Origin: Eledone cirrhosa
Lineage: Eukaryota
Reading direction: 5' to 3'
Assembly (NCBI GenBank): GCA_964016885.1
Contig: OZ024757.1
Coordinates: 14,942,001 to 15,006,000, forward strand
Length of the DNA stretch: 64,000 nt
Shown here: piece after piece, positions 40,556 to 53,165 of the stretch
How positions within the stretch are numbered: the first letter of the stretch is position 1
Layout of the letters: every line of letters starts with the position of its first letter
The notes under the pieces: generated by a model
Databases searched by the model: none
Told to the model about the DNA's origin: nothing
Seen by the model: only the letters and a program-made list of their open reading frames with translations
Made by a program: the position numbers and the translations under genes

Positions 40556-42439
40556 ATGGCGGAGCCACGCCCCCTAGAGGCGGGTCTGCTGTCGTGCAAC
40601 GGCGACTTGAGCGTTGAGAGGAGAGGTGGGGCGAGGAGCGCCACCAGCACGAGTGTGAGCAGCGACAGTGCCAGCACCAACGGGCCGAGCGGCGCGGAAG
40701 GTGGTAACAGCGACAACACCAACACCAACAAGCCGAACAGCGCAGAAGGTGGTAATAGCGAGAGCACCAACAAAACGAACATCACAGAGAGTAATAGTAG
40801 CGACAGCAGCAGCACCAACAAGGCCAACAGCACAGAGGGTAACCACGACACAGGGGAGAACAACAACAGCAATAGCAGCAGCAACACCAACAAGAACACC
40901 TTCGCTGCTGTGGCAGCGGCTAAAAGGAGACCATGCTACAGCATCGACTTAACCAACAGAGAGGAAAAGTTGGCCCAGGCCTGGAAAATCATAAATCAAG
41001 AGCAGACCTGGGCAAACTTAACTGTCCCGGCAGAAGCCATTGAGGCAGTGGAAAAAAGAACGGTGCATTTCAGATGCATCTCAGTAGAGACAAAGAGGGC
41101 AGCGATAATCGCCCAAGCTGATATAGAAGCCGCACTGAAATACATCAGAGAGGACACAGACTTCATAGAGAGGGGCAGGCAATACGGCACCGTTTCGGTG
41201 CTGTTCAAGTCTGAAGCCCTCGCTGTGAAGCATTCAATGACCCCTTGCAAAACCAGCAAGGTCATAATGTACCCTTCCCACATGGGAAAACGAATAGCAC
41301 GTGTGCGCATTCCCAGGATTCCACCAGGACTTGATATGTGGTGGCTCCTGGGTTGCGTAATCGTGGAAGGAACGGATACAGTCCCGGTAGAGGCAACGAG
41401 AACTGCCAGGGACGACTGGTCCGGGGTTGATCTGGAGATACTGCTCCAAATCAGACCCGAAAACATAAAAGCAATCCCGGACCACATCCGCCTCCAAAAC
41501 GGGAGGGTGTTGCATATAATGACTGAGGGCAAAAGGCCGCATTGTTTCCTTTGTGGGGAAACGACACACTTGCGAGCCTTCTGCCCTCAACTGCCGAAAA
41601 GCGCAAGGGGTCGAAAGATTCCACTGCTGGCGACGCCGGGACAAGGACCACCAGCAACACCATCAACAATGGAACCACCAAAATTGCACACCCAGGGGGG
41701 AAACGAGGAAAGCTCTCCCATTCCCCCTCCCCCCCAAAATACACACACGAACAAGAACATAAACACTCACTCAGACACAAACACGCTCACAGCCACAAAC
41801 CCCTCATCCTCCAGCAGTGAAGATGAGGGAAAACCAAAGTCCCCCAAAATACAAAAAACAAAACACAAAAAAAAAAGAAATCCACAAAGCACAAACACCC
41901 CCACAAAAAAAAATACACACACCACCCACACAAACATTTTCCCCACAGCATCACCAACACAACCACCAAAATCCCCCAAACGCAAACAAGCTAAACAGAC
42001 ACAAGAACAAATAGACACACAAACATCAGAAACTACAGACACCCCACTCACAACAAACGCAGACACAATAGAAACAACACTAACAAAGCTATCACCACCA
42101 CAATCACACGAACAAATAAAACCCGAGCAACAAAACATTAAAAACTTCGTGCTTGCCAGAAGGGCCAACAAGGAATTGATGGCCCATGTAGCACGAAGCA
42201 CAAACATCGAAAAAGAGGGGGAAACATTTGAAGCGAGCACATTTCGCGTACCAGATAATTTGCTTCTGATGCGAATGTCGCTCGCTTCATACAAAGAAAT
42301 TCGAAAGAGCTTTCCTCGGGATGTGGGAACCCCGAACGTAAAACCCACTTCAAGACTATTAAAGGGGTTCCCAAAAGAAACCCCACAAACCATGGAGGTC
42401 GAACCACCCGGCCTTCACAAGACCCCGGAAGGTAAGTAA
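40556..42439 (+). CDS. Tx1 element A ORF1p (intact, 627 aa; CCHC zinc knuckle, low-complexity flanks)
   Basis: First ATG at 40556. Knuckle CFLCGETTHLRAFC. Homologous to element B ORF1 (RGRQYGTVSVLF vs RGQKYGTVDVFF). Confidence 0.85.
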   Translation: MAEPRPLEAGLLSCNGDLSVERRGGARSATSTSVSSDSASTNGPSGAEGGNSDNTNTNKPNSAEGGNSESTNKTNITESNSSDSSSTNKANSTEGNHDTGENNNSNSSSNTNKNTFAAVAAAKRRPCYSIDLTNREEKLAQAWKIINQEQTWANLTVPAEAIEAVEKRTVHFRCISVETKRAAIIAQADIEAALKYIREDTDFIERGRQYGTVSVLFKSEALAVKHSMTPCKTSKVIMYPSHMGKRIARVRIPRIPPGLDMWWLLGCVIVEGTDTVPVEATRTARDDWSGVDLEILLQIRPENIKAIPDHIRLQNGRVLHIMTEGKRPHCFLCGETTHLRAFCPQLPKSARGRKIPLLATPGQGPPATPSTMEPPKLHTQGGNEESSPIPPPPQNTHTNKNINTHSDTNTLTATNPSSSSSEDEGKPKSPKIQKTKHKKKRNPQSTNTPTKKNTHTTHTNIFPTASPTQPPKSPKRKQAKQTQEQIDTQTSETTDTPLTTNADTIETTLTKLSPPQSHEQIKPEQQNIKNFVLARRANKELMAHVARSTNIEKEGETFEASTFRVPDNLLLMRMSLASYKEIRKSFPRDVGTPNVKPTSRLLKGFPKETPQTMEVEPPGLHKTPEGK

Positions 42440-42468
42440 ACCTTTCCTCTCCCATTCATCCTGCCAGC

Positions 42469-45400
42469 ATGGCCATAAGAGTAGGAAGTTTAAATGTTCG
42501 TGGCCTGGGGTCGCCCTGGAAGCAAGGTCACTTGCTCAACGACCTCAGGTCACTAGGAATGGATGTAATTGCCATCAGCGAGACCAGAATTTCCGACGAT
42601 TATCAGATCTTTGCATCTGTTAGTCGGCCGGGAATGGGAGGTGGAGTGGCTGTGCTGTTTAGGAAATGTCTGGATCTCGAGGTAAGGTCAATCTTCCGGG
42701 ATCCTGACGGAAAGTTGGTGGTCCTGGACGTGAGCAATAGCGAAGGTGGTGCCTTTAGACTGGTGGCCGTCTACGCCCCTACTGGGGCCGGTCGGCCGGA
42801 CTTCTTTAGGCGCCTGGAAAGCTTTCTGCTTACGTCTCGCCCTTTACTGTTAATAGGGGATTGGAATGGCATCTTAGAAGCACGCTGGGATTGTGTGGGA
42901 GTATCTGATAGGAGCGGGGAGTGCAAAAGCCTCAAGTACCTGATCAGCCAGTTTCAACTGTCTGACAGGTACCGACTAGATTTCCCTAATGCGCCAGTAT
43001 GGACCTGGACCAATCGCATAGGGTCATCTAGATCGTACATAGATAGGATTTTCATTAGGAAAAGAGATAGAAATAGTGTAGGATGTCCACATTTTAAAAT
43101 GGTTGCCTATTCAGATCACAAGCTTGTGATCTGTATGGTCGACCTAGATAAGACACGTAGGTTAGGACCTAGCTACTGGAAGCTAAACATGTCGTTTCCG
43201 GCACGTAAAGCTTACAGGGACCGGGTCAACAACTTAGTTAAGCAAAAGTTGACAGGGGGGGGTTGTCAACAACAGGTGGTGGGGGGCTCTCAAAAGAGAG
43301 ATTAGAGCAACCTCGATAGGATTTAGCAAAGAAGTAGCAATAGAGAAAAATAGAAAGGAGGAGGGGCTGATAGCTAAGTTAGACGAGGCTATTTGTAGTG
43401 GCATTGCAACAGACGTGCTAGCGGCGAGAATGGCACTAGACCATTTCTTCAATGCGAAACACGAAGGTTGCATTGTCAGAGCTAAGGCGCGTGCTCTGAG
43501 GAACGAGGGAACCAAAGCTGCCCGATGGGCTCGCTTTGCAGAGACGCAGCGTGGAAATAAAACCACAATTCGGTCTTTGACGGATCGAGATGGACACGAA
43601 CTGAGCGATTCCAAGCAGATGTGTGAGGCCTTTCGCCAGCACTTTGCTCGATTGTTCGGGAGGATGGGTGAGTCGGAGACGGCGGCGGACTTCAGTCCCT
43701 ACCTCGACGGCTTGCCACGCCTCTCGATGGCCGACGCTGAGCGCTGCGAAGAGCCGATAACATCAGTCGAAATTTAGGACGCCCTTGTCGGCTGCTCGAG
43801 TCGCAAGTCACCCGGTTTGGATGGTCTGCCCTACGAGCTTTACGTAAATATGCCAGACTTGTTCTCCGATCTCCCCGGAGCGCTCTACTGCAACTGGCAG
43901 CAGAACGGGAGCATTCCCAGTTCTGTGAGCCGTGGCGTAGTGACGCTGATAAGGAAAGACGAGAACAAGAGGGACACACTAGATAATTTCAGGCCCATAA
44001 CCCTGCTCAACACAGAGTTTAAGATTTTGGCCAAGGTGTTAGCGAAAAGGTTGGCGCTTGTCGTCAAAGATTTGGTTGGGGAGGCGCAAACTTGCGCAAT
44101 CCCGACCAGGTCCATACACGACAACCTCCACCTCATGCGATACATCATAGAGAGGGTTGGGTGCAAACCTGGCTTCGGTGGGGCTCTGATCAATTTAGAT
44201 CAATCGAAAGCATTCGATAGGATCGACCATCGGTACTTGGAGGCTGTCCTCGAGGCGGCTGGCTTCGGCCCCGTCTTCAGAAGCTGGATCGCTGCAATGT
44301 ACAGCGGCATCTGCTCGGTGATCAAAGTTAATGGCCACCTCTCGGAACCGTTTCAGATCTCTCGATCGGTCCGTCAAGGGTGCCCTCTCTCCTCACTTCT
44401 GTACGTATTGACTCTTGAGCCTCTACTGCAGAAGCTGGAGTTGTTGCAGGGCATCCCGCTCGAACCGGGACGTAGAAAGGCTGCGTCCGCTTATGCGGAC
44501 GACATCACCGTGATGGTGTCGGACACCTCGGAAATCGAGGTGATCCGCACCCATTTGGAGGAATATGAAAGGTTGACGGGAGCAAAACTTAACCCGGAAA
44601 AGTCGGTGGGCTTGCAGCTCGGCACCTGGAGAGGCAAGTCCATGCCGTCCAACAGCGTCGTTGGGCGCTGGACAGACGGACCGGTAAAGTTGCTCGGGGT
44701 TTGGTTCGGACCAGACCTCCAGGTGGATAAGAATTGGGACGAGGTGACGAGCAGGATAGCCAACCTCACCCAGAAATGGGCTGAGAGAAAGCTATCACTG
44801 AAAGGGCGGGCGGAGGTGGCGAACGCGTACATCGCGTCCGTCATCTACTACCGCCTGACCGTCGTGCCTTGCCCCCGTCCACGCCTCGCCAATTTGGAAC
44901 GGCTCCTTTTCAAATTTTTGTGGAGGGGACGGGTCCCGTTGGTGAGGCGGTCCATCTGCTGCCAGCACCCTCTTCGTGGAGGGCTGGGCATGCCGTGGCT
45001 AATGATGCGCAGACATGCGCTGAGGCTGCGACATCTCCAGATATTTTGCCTAAACGGTGAACAGGTGTGGTCGCCGTTTGTTAGACGGGCCTTTCCGCAG
45101 CTCATCTCTTTGACTGAGCTGCAGTCCTGGGTCAAGAAGAGACCGAGACTGGGCGACTGGTATCTGGAATGTTGCCAGGCGCTTACTGCACTCTGATTTC
45201 AAGATTTCTATAGAGGATTAGTGGAGGGCAAGTACGATGACGTACTAGAAGAGGCTCTAGGCGTCAACGAAGTAGAACTGACCAGTATGTTCCGGAGGAC
45301 TTTCGAGCCGGGGACGATGGATAACTTCCAGAAATCCCTCGCTTGGCAGTGCTACTGGGGGGCGCTGCCGGTTCAGGATAAACTCTACAGGCACGGAAGT

Positions 45401-45832
45401 GCTGTCAGACGGACCTGCCCGAGATGCGCGCAGAGCGACGAAACCGTTCTGCACGCACTCGTCCAGTGTCCGTGCATTGCTGACTTGTGGGGTTATGTCG
45501 AACAGCTATTGTCGCGTGTAGAACGGATCCGGCTATCGTCCGAGTCCATAGTGAAGATTGACCCGCCGCCTTCTTTTGGTCAGGAAGGGCAGGCAATTTT
45601 CCTCTGCCTGGTGGCAGTAGTGAAAGAGGTTGCATGGTGGACCAGGTTGAAAGGACTGAAGACAGACACTTTTCTCTTCGGCCAATCCCTCATCAACTTC
45701 TTCAAGTTTCACTTGGAAAGGAAGGTGAGGGTGGAGAGAGAAGTGCTGCCCCCCAGTACATTTACTGAAAGGTGGGTGAATGTGGCGAAAATGGCCCGCG
45801 TGAGTGGACCTACTCTGATCATGCGCCTGTAG
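42469..45832 (+). pseudogene. Tx1 element A ORF2 (APE endonuclease-RT-Zn finger), disrupted
   Basis: Motifs SLNVRGL, SETR, GDWN, SDH, RPITLLN, DQSKAFD, RQGCPLS, YADD and CPRC...HALVQC. Frameshift in the G-run at ~43260, stop at 43775, lesion at ~45195. Confidence 0.92.
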
Positions 45833-46081
45833 GCTGGTGAATTCGAGAAGGAGAGGGGTGCCCTTCCAGGGTGCCCTAGGAGCGTCGGGTGGCTCAGGAC
45901 TGGTGGGGTGCTTGAGTCAACCCTGGGTGGTGATCCCTCTTATTGGGGAACTTTCATTGTTGTATTTTTATTGTTATTTTGTTTTTGTTATTTATACTTA
46001 CTCGATCTCTATGTAAACCCCCACTGTCCCTGTCTATTGTGTTGTCCCCTATATGTCGGCCCTTGTGGCCAATAAATGAAA

Positions 46082-46116
<35 letters not shown>

Positions 46117-46311
46117 GGAAATCGTATTATCGTGAGCTCCGCAAAGGTTTGTTATTTCCGTTTGTTTAAAAATTGCCATTTATGGAAAATTTTATTGTTA
46201 ACTGTTTATAAGCACACATACATTGTTTTCCGAAAAGGACACCTAAAAAGATTGGGGCCTTGTGCCCAAAATTTTAACTTTTATTATTATCAAAAATTTC
46301 TTTGAAAAAAA

Positions 46312-48291
46312 ATGGCTACTTCACCTCTGCACGAAGCAGCTGAAAGCCTTCCTCACAAAATAACACCTCACACCGACACCACCATTGTAAATGTTACTAC
46401 GTTTGCCAACACAAAAAAAAATATAAGCAGTAGCAATATTTTAAATTTGTCTCAGGCAGACATTCATTTCCCGCCATTACCAATGACTGCAGGTGTTAAA
46501 GCCTCCACCACCACCACCACCACCGCGACAACCACCACCACCACCACCACCACCGCGACAACAGAAACAAAAGAAGAAAAAAATAAATTAACTCGTGATG
46601 TCGAAATGAAATCAAGCAAAATGGACTCTTCCCCACCAAAAACGACTGACGTCACCACCACCACAACTGAAAATAAAATTAATATTAACGATAGCAACAA
46701 CAACAACAATGACATTATAAACCCCCCCCTCAGTTTCGCCAGAGTAGCAAAACAATTCGAAGCATTTACCGTAACTCAAGAAGATTTAGAAAATGCCAAA
46801 TAAATGGTAAAGAAAGATGGGTACAGGGTCAGCCTCACCCCCCCCCCACCTAATAAAATGGAGCATCGGCGCCTATGCACCGTGTCGTATAGAACAATAA
46901 ATGTAAAATCGCGCCGAGTGGAACGGGCATCCGAGTCCCAAACCCAAAAAGCTTTGGGACATGTGTGGGCAAGAAAAACCCACATCAGACGTGGGCAAAA
47001 GTATGGAACCGTGGATGTGTTCTTTGAAACACCAGAGGAGGCTAGAGAACACTCCATGGCCCCATTAAAAAGTGACGACTTCACACTCGTCCCAAGCTAT
47101 TGTGGCCAGAGACTCGTAAAGATCAGGGTGACCCACGTTCCACCGGCCATCGAAATTCCCTGACTAATAGCGGCTGTCCTCGCCGGCATCGAGGCCAACA
47201 CGAAAATAATAACAATAGCAAAAGAAAAGCAGGAAAACTGGTCTGGATCTGGGATGGAGCTCCTGATCCAAGCGGACCAAAAAAGCATTGAGGAGATCCC
47301 AGAGGTAATAGACCTCACTGACGGCAGCCACCTCACGGTAATTGTCAAGGGCAGAAGACCTAGGTGTGTCGTTTGTGGTGAAGGAACCCACCTAAGGGCT
47401 TTCTGCCCTCAGGCTAAAAGGTTGAGGCCACGTCTCCTACCCACCCCAGTGACACAACCATCAACACCACCAGTAGCAGAGATGGCAGCAACAACAGAAG
47501 CAACTATAACAGCAACAACCCCAGCAACAGTAGCAAAACCAACACCACTACCACCACCAGCAAAACCAACACCACCACCACCCAACGCTTCAGAACTAGC
47601 ACCAGCGCCTACACCATCCACCACACCACAACCAAAACAAACGGCTGTGGAGGATTTTCCACTCCCCGGCCTATCACAACTGGAGACAGATTGTGACGAC
47701 GAGGAGTGGGAAACGATATCCGGAAAAAAAAAAAGAAACCAAAAAAGAAAAAATTCTCTTCCTTCCCCCTCCAAAAACAAAATACAGAGGGAAACAAATA
47801 AACTAAGAAACAAAAAAGTTAGGACAGATATGCCACCATCCACACCAGCATCACCAACCCCATCAACCCAAACACCAACACCATCACCATCATTAACTCC
47901 AACACCACCATCACCTACACCACAAAAGTCACCAAAATGCGAAACAGAAACAAACCCACAACAAACGCAAACAAAACAAAACAACCAAAACGATACACAC
48001 TACACAGCATTAAATTTGAACAACAAGCAATTATTGCACTACATCCAACACAACACCAGCATCACAGAAAAAGACTACACAACAACTCCAAAATTCACAC
48101 CACCTCCACACATACAAATCACTCGCATCACACAGAAAACGTACATGACACTAAAACAAAAATTCCCCAAAGACATCGGAGACTTCCGACAAGACCTCTC
48201 CAGGAGGATTTATAAGGACATCCTTCCTGAGGAGGCCACAAGCAGTGAAAAGGATGGAAAAACCGTCCTTCCCCTACGAGAAGTAAGGTAA
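46312..48291 (+). pseudogene. Tx1 element B ORF1, with two in-frame stops (46801, 47161)
   Basis: Three collinear same-frame ORF pieces. Knuckle CVVCGEGTHLRAFC. Confidence 0.85.
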
Positions 48292-48316
48292 GTGGTCTTT
48301 CCCACTCCTTTTCAAC

Positions 48317-51300
48317 ATGACCTCACTCAGAATAGGCAGCATAAATGCGCGTGGCTTGGGGTCGTCATGGAAGCAGGGCCACCTGCTCAACGACCTCAGG
48401 TCACTAAACATAGATGTAGTGGCCATCAGTGAGACCAGAATCTCCGAAGCACAGGCTTTCGCACCGATCTTCGGCGGCTACGATGTGTACGCATCTCCCA
48501 GCCGTCCGGGATCGGGGGGAGGAGTTGCTGTGCTTTTTCGGAGAGGTTTGGATCTTGCCATACGGGCCATCTTCCTGGACCCAGAAGGTAAGTTGGTGGT
48601 GCTGGACGTGACCAGCGGAGACGGGCAAGCTTTCAGGCTAGTGGCCGTCTATGCCCCGACAGGAGCAGGGTGGCCTGATTTCTTCCGGCGTCTGGAGACC
48701 TTTCTTGGAACGTCCCGCTCTTTAGTGTTAGTGGGCGACTGGAACGGGATCTTAGATGCACGCTGGGATTGTGTGGGATTAGTGGATAGGGAAGGAAGGT
48801 GCAAGAGTCTCACCAACCTGCTCAGACGTTTTGAACTGTCTGACAGGTACCGAATGGATTTCCCGAATGTACCAATGTGGACTTGGACAAATCGCATAGG
48901 GTCATCCAGATCATATCTAGATAGAGTATTTTGTAGGGAAATAGATAGGTCTAGCATAGGCTGTCCACAATTCAAGATAGTCAGCTACACGGACCACAAA
49001 TTCGTGATCTGTGTGCTTGACTTAGATAGGCTTCACAGACGAGGACCCGGCTACTGGAAGCTAAACGCGTCCTTACCAGCGCGCAAGGCCTACAGAGACC
49101 GGATTAGCGAACTAGTTAAGCGGGCGTTGACGGGGGCCATCGTCAACAACAAGTGGTGGTTTGCTCTGAAAAGAGCAATTAGAATAGAGTCCATTAGGTT
49201 TAGTAAGACTTTAGCAATAGAGAAAAATAGAGCAGAGGGAGAATTAGTTAGAAAATTAGATGAGGCGCTTAGCAAAGGCATCGCGACCGACGTACTTGCG
49301 GCGAAATTGGCCCTTGACCAATTCTTCAATGCAAAGCACGAAGGCTGCGTTGTCAGAGCTAGGGTGCGTGCTCTCAGACACGAGGGGACGAAAGCCGTTC
49401 AATGGGCCCGAGTGGCGGAGGCGCGTCGTGGCAACAAAGCCACGATCCGGTCTTTGGTGGACCACGACGGGCGCATGCTACTCGATCCCGGGCAAATGTG
49501 TGAAGCTTTTCAGCGACACTTCGCTCAACTGTTCGGGGGCAGTGGCGGGCCGGATCGAGGGATGGACTTTAGTGTCTACCTCGACGGACTGCCGCGGCTC
49601 TCGGCCACTGAGGCGGAGTGTTGCGAAAAGCCGATAACAACCGCTGAAGTACGGGATGCAATGACTAGTTGCACAAGGGGTAAATCGCCTGGTTTGGATG
49701 GTCTGCCCTATGAACTTTACGTACAAATGCCAAACTTGTTCGGAGGCCTCTTGGCGGACGTCTACTGCAACTGGCAACAGAAAGGGGAGAATTCCCAGCT
49801 CTGTGAGCCGAGGAGCGGTGGCGCTGCTGAGAAAGGATCCGAACAAGGGGGATAACATAGATAATTTTAGGCCCATAACTCTGCTAAACACAGAGTTCAA
49901 GATTTTGGCCAAGGTGCTAGCAAAGAGGTTGGCGCTTGTCGTTGGTGGTCTGGTGGGAGAGGCACAGACATGCGCCATTCCCGACAGATCCATCCACCTC
50001 ATGCGATACATCGTAGAGAGGGTAGCTAGGGAACCTGGCACGGGTGGGTCTTTGATCAATTTAGATCAGTCGAAAGCCTTCGATAGGGTCGACAATCGTT
50101 ACCTAACGGCAGTCCTGAGGGCGGCTGGCTTTGGGCCCGTCTTCAGAGGCTGGATCGCTGCCATGCACAGCGACATCTGCTCTGTAGTGAGAGTGAACGG
50201 TCACCTTTCGGAACCGTTCAACATCATGCGCTCGGTCCGCCAAGGATGTCCCCTCTCGTCCCTATTGTACGTATTGACTCTCGAGCCATTACTGCACAAA
50301 CTGGAGACGTTGAGGGGGGTCCCGCGCGAACTAGGATGCGGAAGATCCGTGTCAGCATATGCCGACGATGTCACCGTAGTGGTGTCGAACGTCAAACACA
50401 TCGAGGCGATCGGCACTACACTAAGAGAATACGAAGCGGTGACAGGAGCAATGATCAACCAGGAAAAGTCAGTGGGCCTGCAGCTCGGCACCTGGAGGCA
50501 GGTCCATGCCGTCCAACAGCGTCGTCGGGCGCTGGACGGACGGACCGGTTAAATTGCTAGGGGTCTGGTTCGGTCCAGACCTCCAGACGGACAAAAACTG
50601 GGACGAGGTGACGAGCAGGGTGGCTTCTCTCACCCAGAAATGGGCCGAGAGGAAGCTATCCCTGAAAGGTCGAGCGGAGGTGGCGAATGCGTACATCGCA
50701 TCCGTCATCTACTACCGCCTGACCGTCGTACCTTGTCCTAAGCCCCGCCTGACTGCGCTGGAGCGTTTGCTCTTTCGCTTCTTGTGGAAGGGACGCGCTC
50801 CGATGGTCAGGCGGTCCATCTGCTGTCAACACCCGCTACGTGGAGGGCTGGGCATGCCGTGGCTGATGATGCGCAGACACGCGCTCAGGCTACGACATCT
50901 CCACCTCTTCCTCGACGGTGATCAGGTGTGGTCGCCGTTTGCAAGACACGTTTTTCCCCAGCTCGTCTCCTTGACGGAGCTGCAGTCCTGGGTCAAGCGA
51001 AGACCGAGAGGGAGCGCTTGGAGACTGGAATGTCTTCAGGCGCTCACAGCCCTCGACCAATCGGGCAATGTGATCGGTGGAAACTCCACCTTGGCGTTCT
51101 ATAGGGGATTAGTGGAGGGGAAGAGCGACGACGTACTTGGAGAAACTCTAGGCGTCGACGAAAATCAACTAGCCAATCTCTTCGGAAGGACTTTCGGGCC
51201 GGGGCCTATGGACAACTTCCAGAAATCCCTGGCCTGGCAGTGCTACCGAGGAGCTTTGCCAGTTCGGGATAAACTCTACAGGCATGGAGGTGCCGTCAGC

Positions 51301-51723
51301 CGGGCATGTTCGAGATGCGCGCAGGGCGACGAAACCGTCCTGCACGCACTCGTCCAGTGTCCGAGCATTGCTGACTTGTGGGTTTATGTCGAACACCTGC
51401 TGTCACGTGTAGGACGGATCCAGCTATCAGCTGAGTCCATCGTGAGGATTGCCCCTCCCCCTTCCTTTAGCCTGGAAGGGCAGGCAGTTTTTATCTGTCT
51501 GGTGGCCATGGCGAAAGAGATAGTATGGTGGACACGTTTGAAAGGGCTGAAGACGAGCACTTACCTCTTCGGTGATGCCCTGATTAACTTTTTCAAATTT
51601 CATTTGAAAAGGAAAATCAGGGTAGAGAGGGAAGTGCTCTCTTCCCAGCATTTTGTTGAAAGATGGGTGAGAGAAGCAAGTATGGCCCGAATGAATGGGC
51701 CTTCTCTGAGTATGTGTCTGTAA
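48317..51723 (+). pseudogene. Tx1 element B ORF2 (APE-RT-Zn finger), with two frameshifts (~49785, ~50500)
   Basis: Motifs SINARGL, GDWN, TDH, DQSKAFD, YADD and CSRC...HALVQC across ORFs starting at 48317, 49698 and 50506. Confidence 0.92.
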
Positions 51724-51965
51724 ATTAAAGGTGGAAAACTGGGAGAGGGCACTTGCCCTGGTGGTCAGGGCCACTGTGGTCTTTTAATGGGCTTTCTCCA
51801 CAAATGTCCCTTGGAAGTCTCCCCCCTATTGGGGAATTTTTCTTTGTTATTTTATTTCAACCTCTGTTTTTTTACACGCAGAAATGCCCATTTGTACCGT
51901 CCTGTATTGTCCTGTACTGTCCTTAATGTCTACTTTATGTGAACCCTTGTGGTTAATAAAGAAAA

Positions 51966-52008
<43 letters not shown>

Positions 52009-53165
52009 TCCATTGCTAAGGTTACTATGTTCAACTATTCCATGCGGGGAGCTATGAGGCTTACTATTACTGTTACTTAGTCCATTGGTACCCTGATGGT
52101 TCATTTTACTGGTATTCCTAACCCTCCTGCTTGAATTATCTCTAGTATCAATGGACATATTATGTGTTATAACAGCACTGGTAGAGCTACTATTTGGACT
52201 ACTATTTCCCTGGGCATAATGTAATTTGTCCCTAAATCCGGATTTAGCTAAGGCATCATTATAATAATCAGCCTGCGAGTTAAACGCCTCTTCGCTATGC
52301 GAGAGTGAACTTATTCTGTTAGAGACCCCCTTCAATATACCACTGATGACCGACTTAGGGTGGTTAGAGTTAGTATTCACATAAGTCAGCAATTCATTAG
52401 GCTTATGGTACGGTGTGTACGTATGGTTACCTAAGTCCAATGTAACATCAAGAAAGTTGACAGTTCTATCATTTATATCCATAGTAATGGACAGATTAAA
52501 GGTTTTAAAGAATTTATACAGCTTTTTCCTAATGCTCACTATATTATACTTGCTAACATCTATGGAGAGTAGGGCATCATCGCGGTACAACCCACCCCTA
52601 AGGAAGGGGAAGTTACTATGTAGTTCGGTAAAGAGGTAGAGCCCAACTAAGTCAGTGACCTGAGCAGAATCACTTGACCCCATAGTAATGTCAAAATTAT
52701 CCGGTGTGTTTTTTCTCGTCCATAAAGTATCCTCAAACATAATGATAGTCTTACGTGCAGCGAGAACGATATCTATCTGTGGCCGTGTAAGGTTCCCTTT
52801 CTGCATGGCTAGGATAAGGGCCTTATTGAGGATGATAGGAGATATAGATGTATAATAAGCATCAATATCAAATTGGATAAACCTAAGCGAGTCACACTTA
52901 CAATCCGTAGAAAACAACTTAATGACTTCACTAGTATTACCCCATAGCTCAAGGAATGTTTTTTCTTTAACTAGGGGAATTACGCTATCTAAGATTCTCT
53001 TACTTATAATCCCCAGATCAGACTTAGAGGGGCAGATAAGCCTAACTGAAGGGTTACTAATAAAGTTTTCCTTATGGTCCTTAAGGGTGAATCTAGGCTG
53101 TTTGGGGTAATATGGTTGAGTGTGTTTATCCAAACCTAATTTTACTACTATGTTATACCCCGCTA
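52009..53165 (-). mobile_element. Penelope-like element, RT half (5'-truncated), continuous with 39566-40343
   Basis: Motifs TLKDHKENF, RLICPSKS, QFDIDAYY, ITMGSSDSAQVTDLVG, LYRDDAL, NFLDVTLDL and SNHP. Runs into the poly-Asn (AAT)n tract. Confidence 0.9.

Larger units (their letters stand above)
40344..46116 (+). mobile_element. Full-length Tx1-clade (L1 group) LINE, element A, with (ATT)11 tail
   Basis: 5' UTR homologous to that of element B, ORF1 plus ORF2 (APE-RT-CCHC), and AATAAA followed by (ATT)n. Begins immediately after an (ATT)6 tract. Confidence 0.93.
46117..52008 (+). mobile_element. Full-length Tx1-clade LINE, element B (different subfamily), with (ATT)14 tail
   Basis: Starts directly after the tail of element A. 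Same architecture, clearly diverged ORF1 and UTRs, closely related ORF2. Confidence 0.93.

Noticed and set aside
40546-51774. Numerous minus-strand ORFs over the Tx1 elements
   Set aside because: They are shadows of compositionally biased sense ORFs and have no recognisable motifs.
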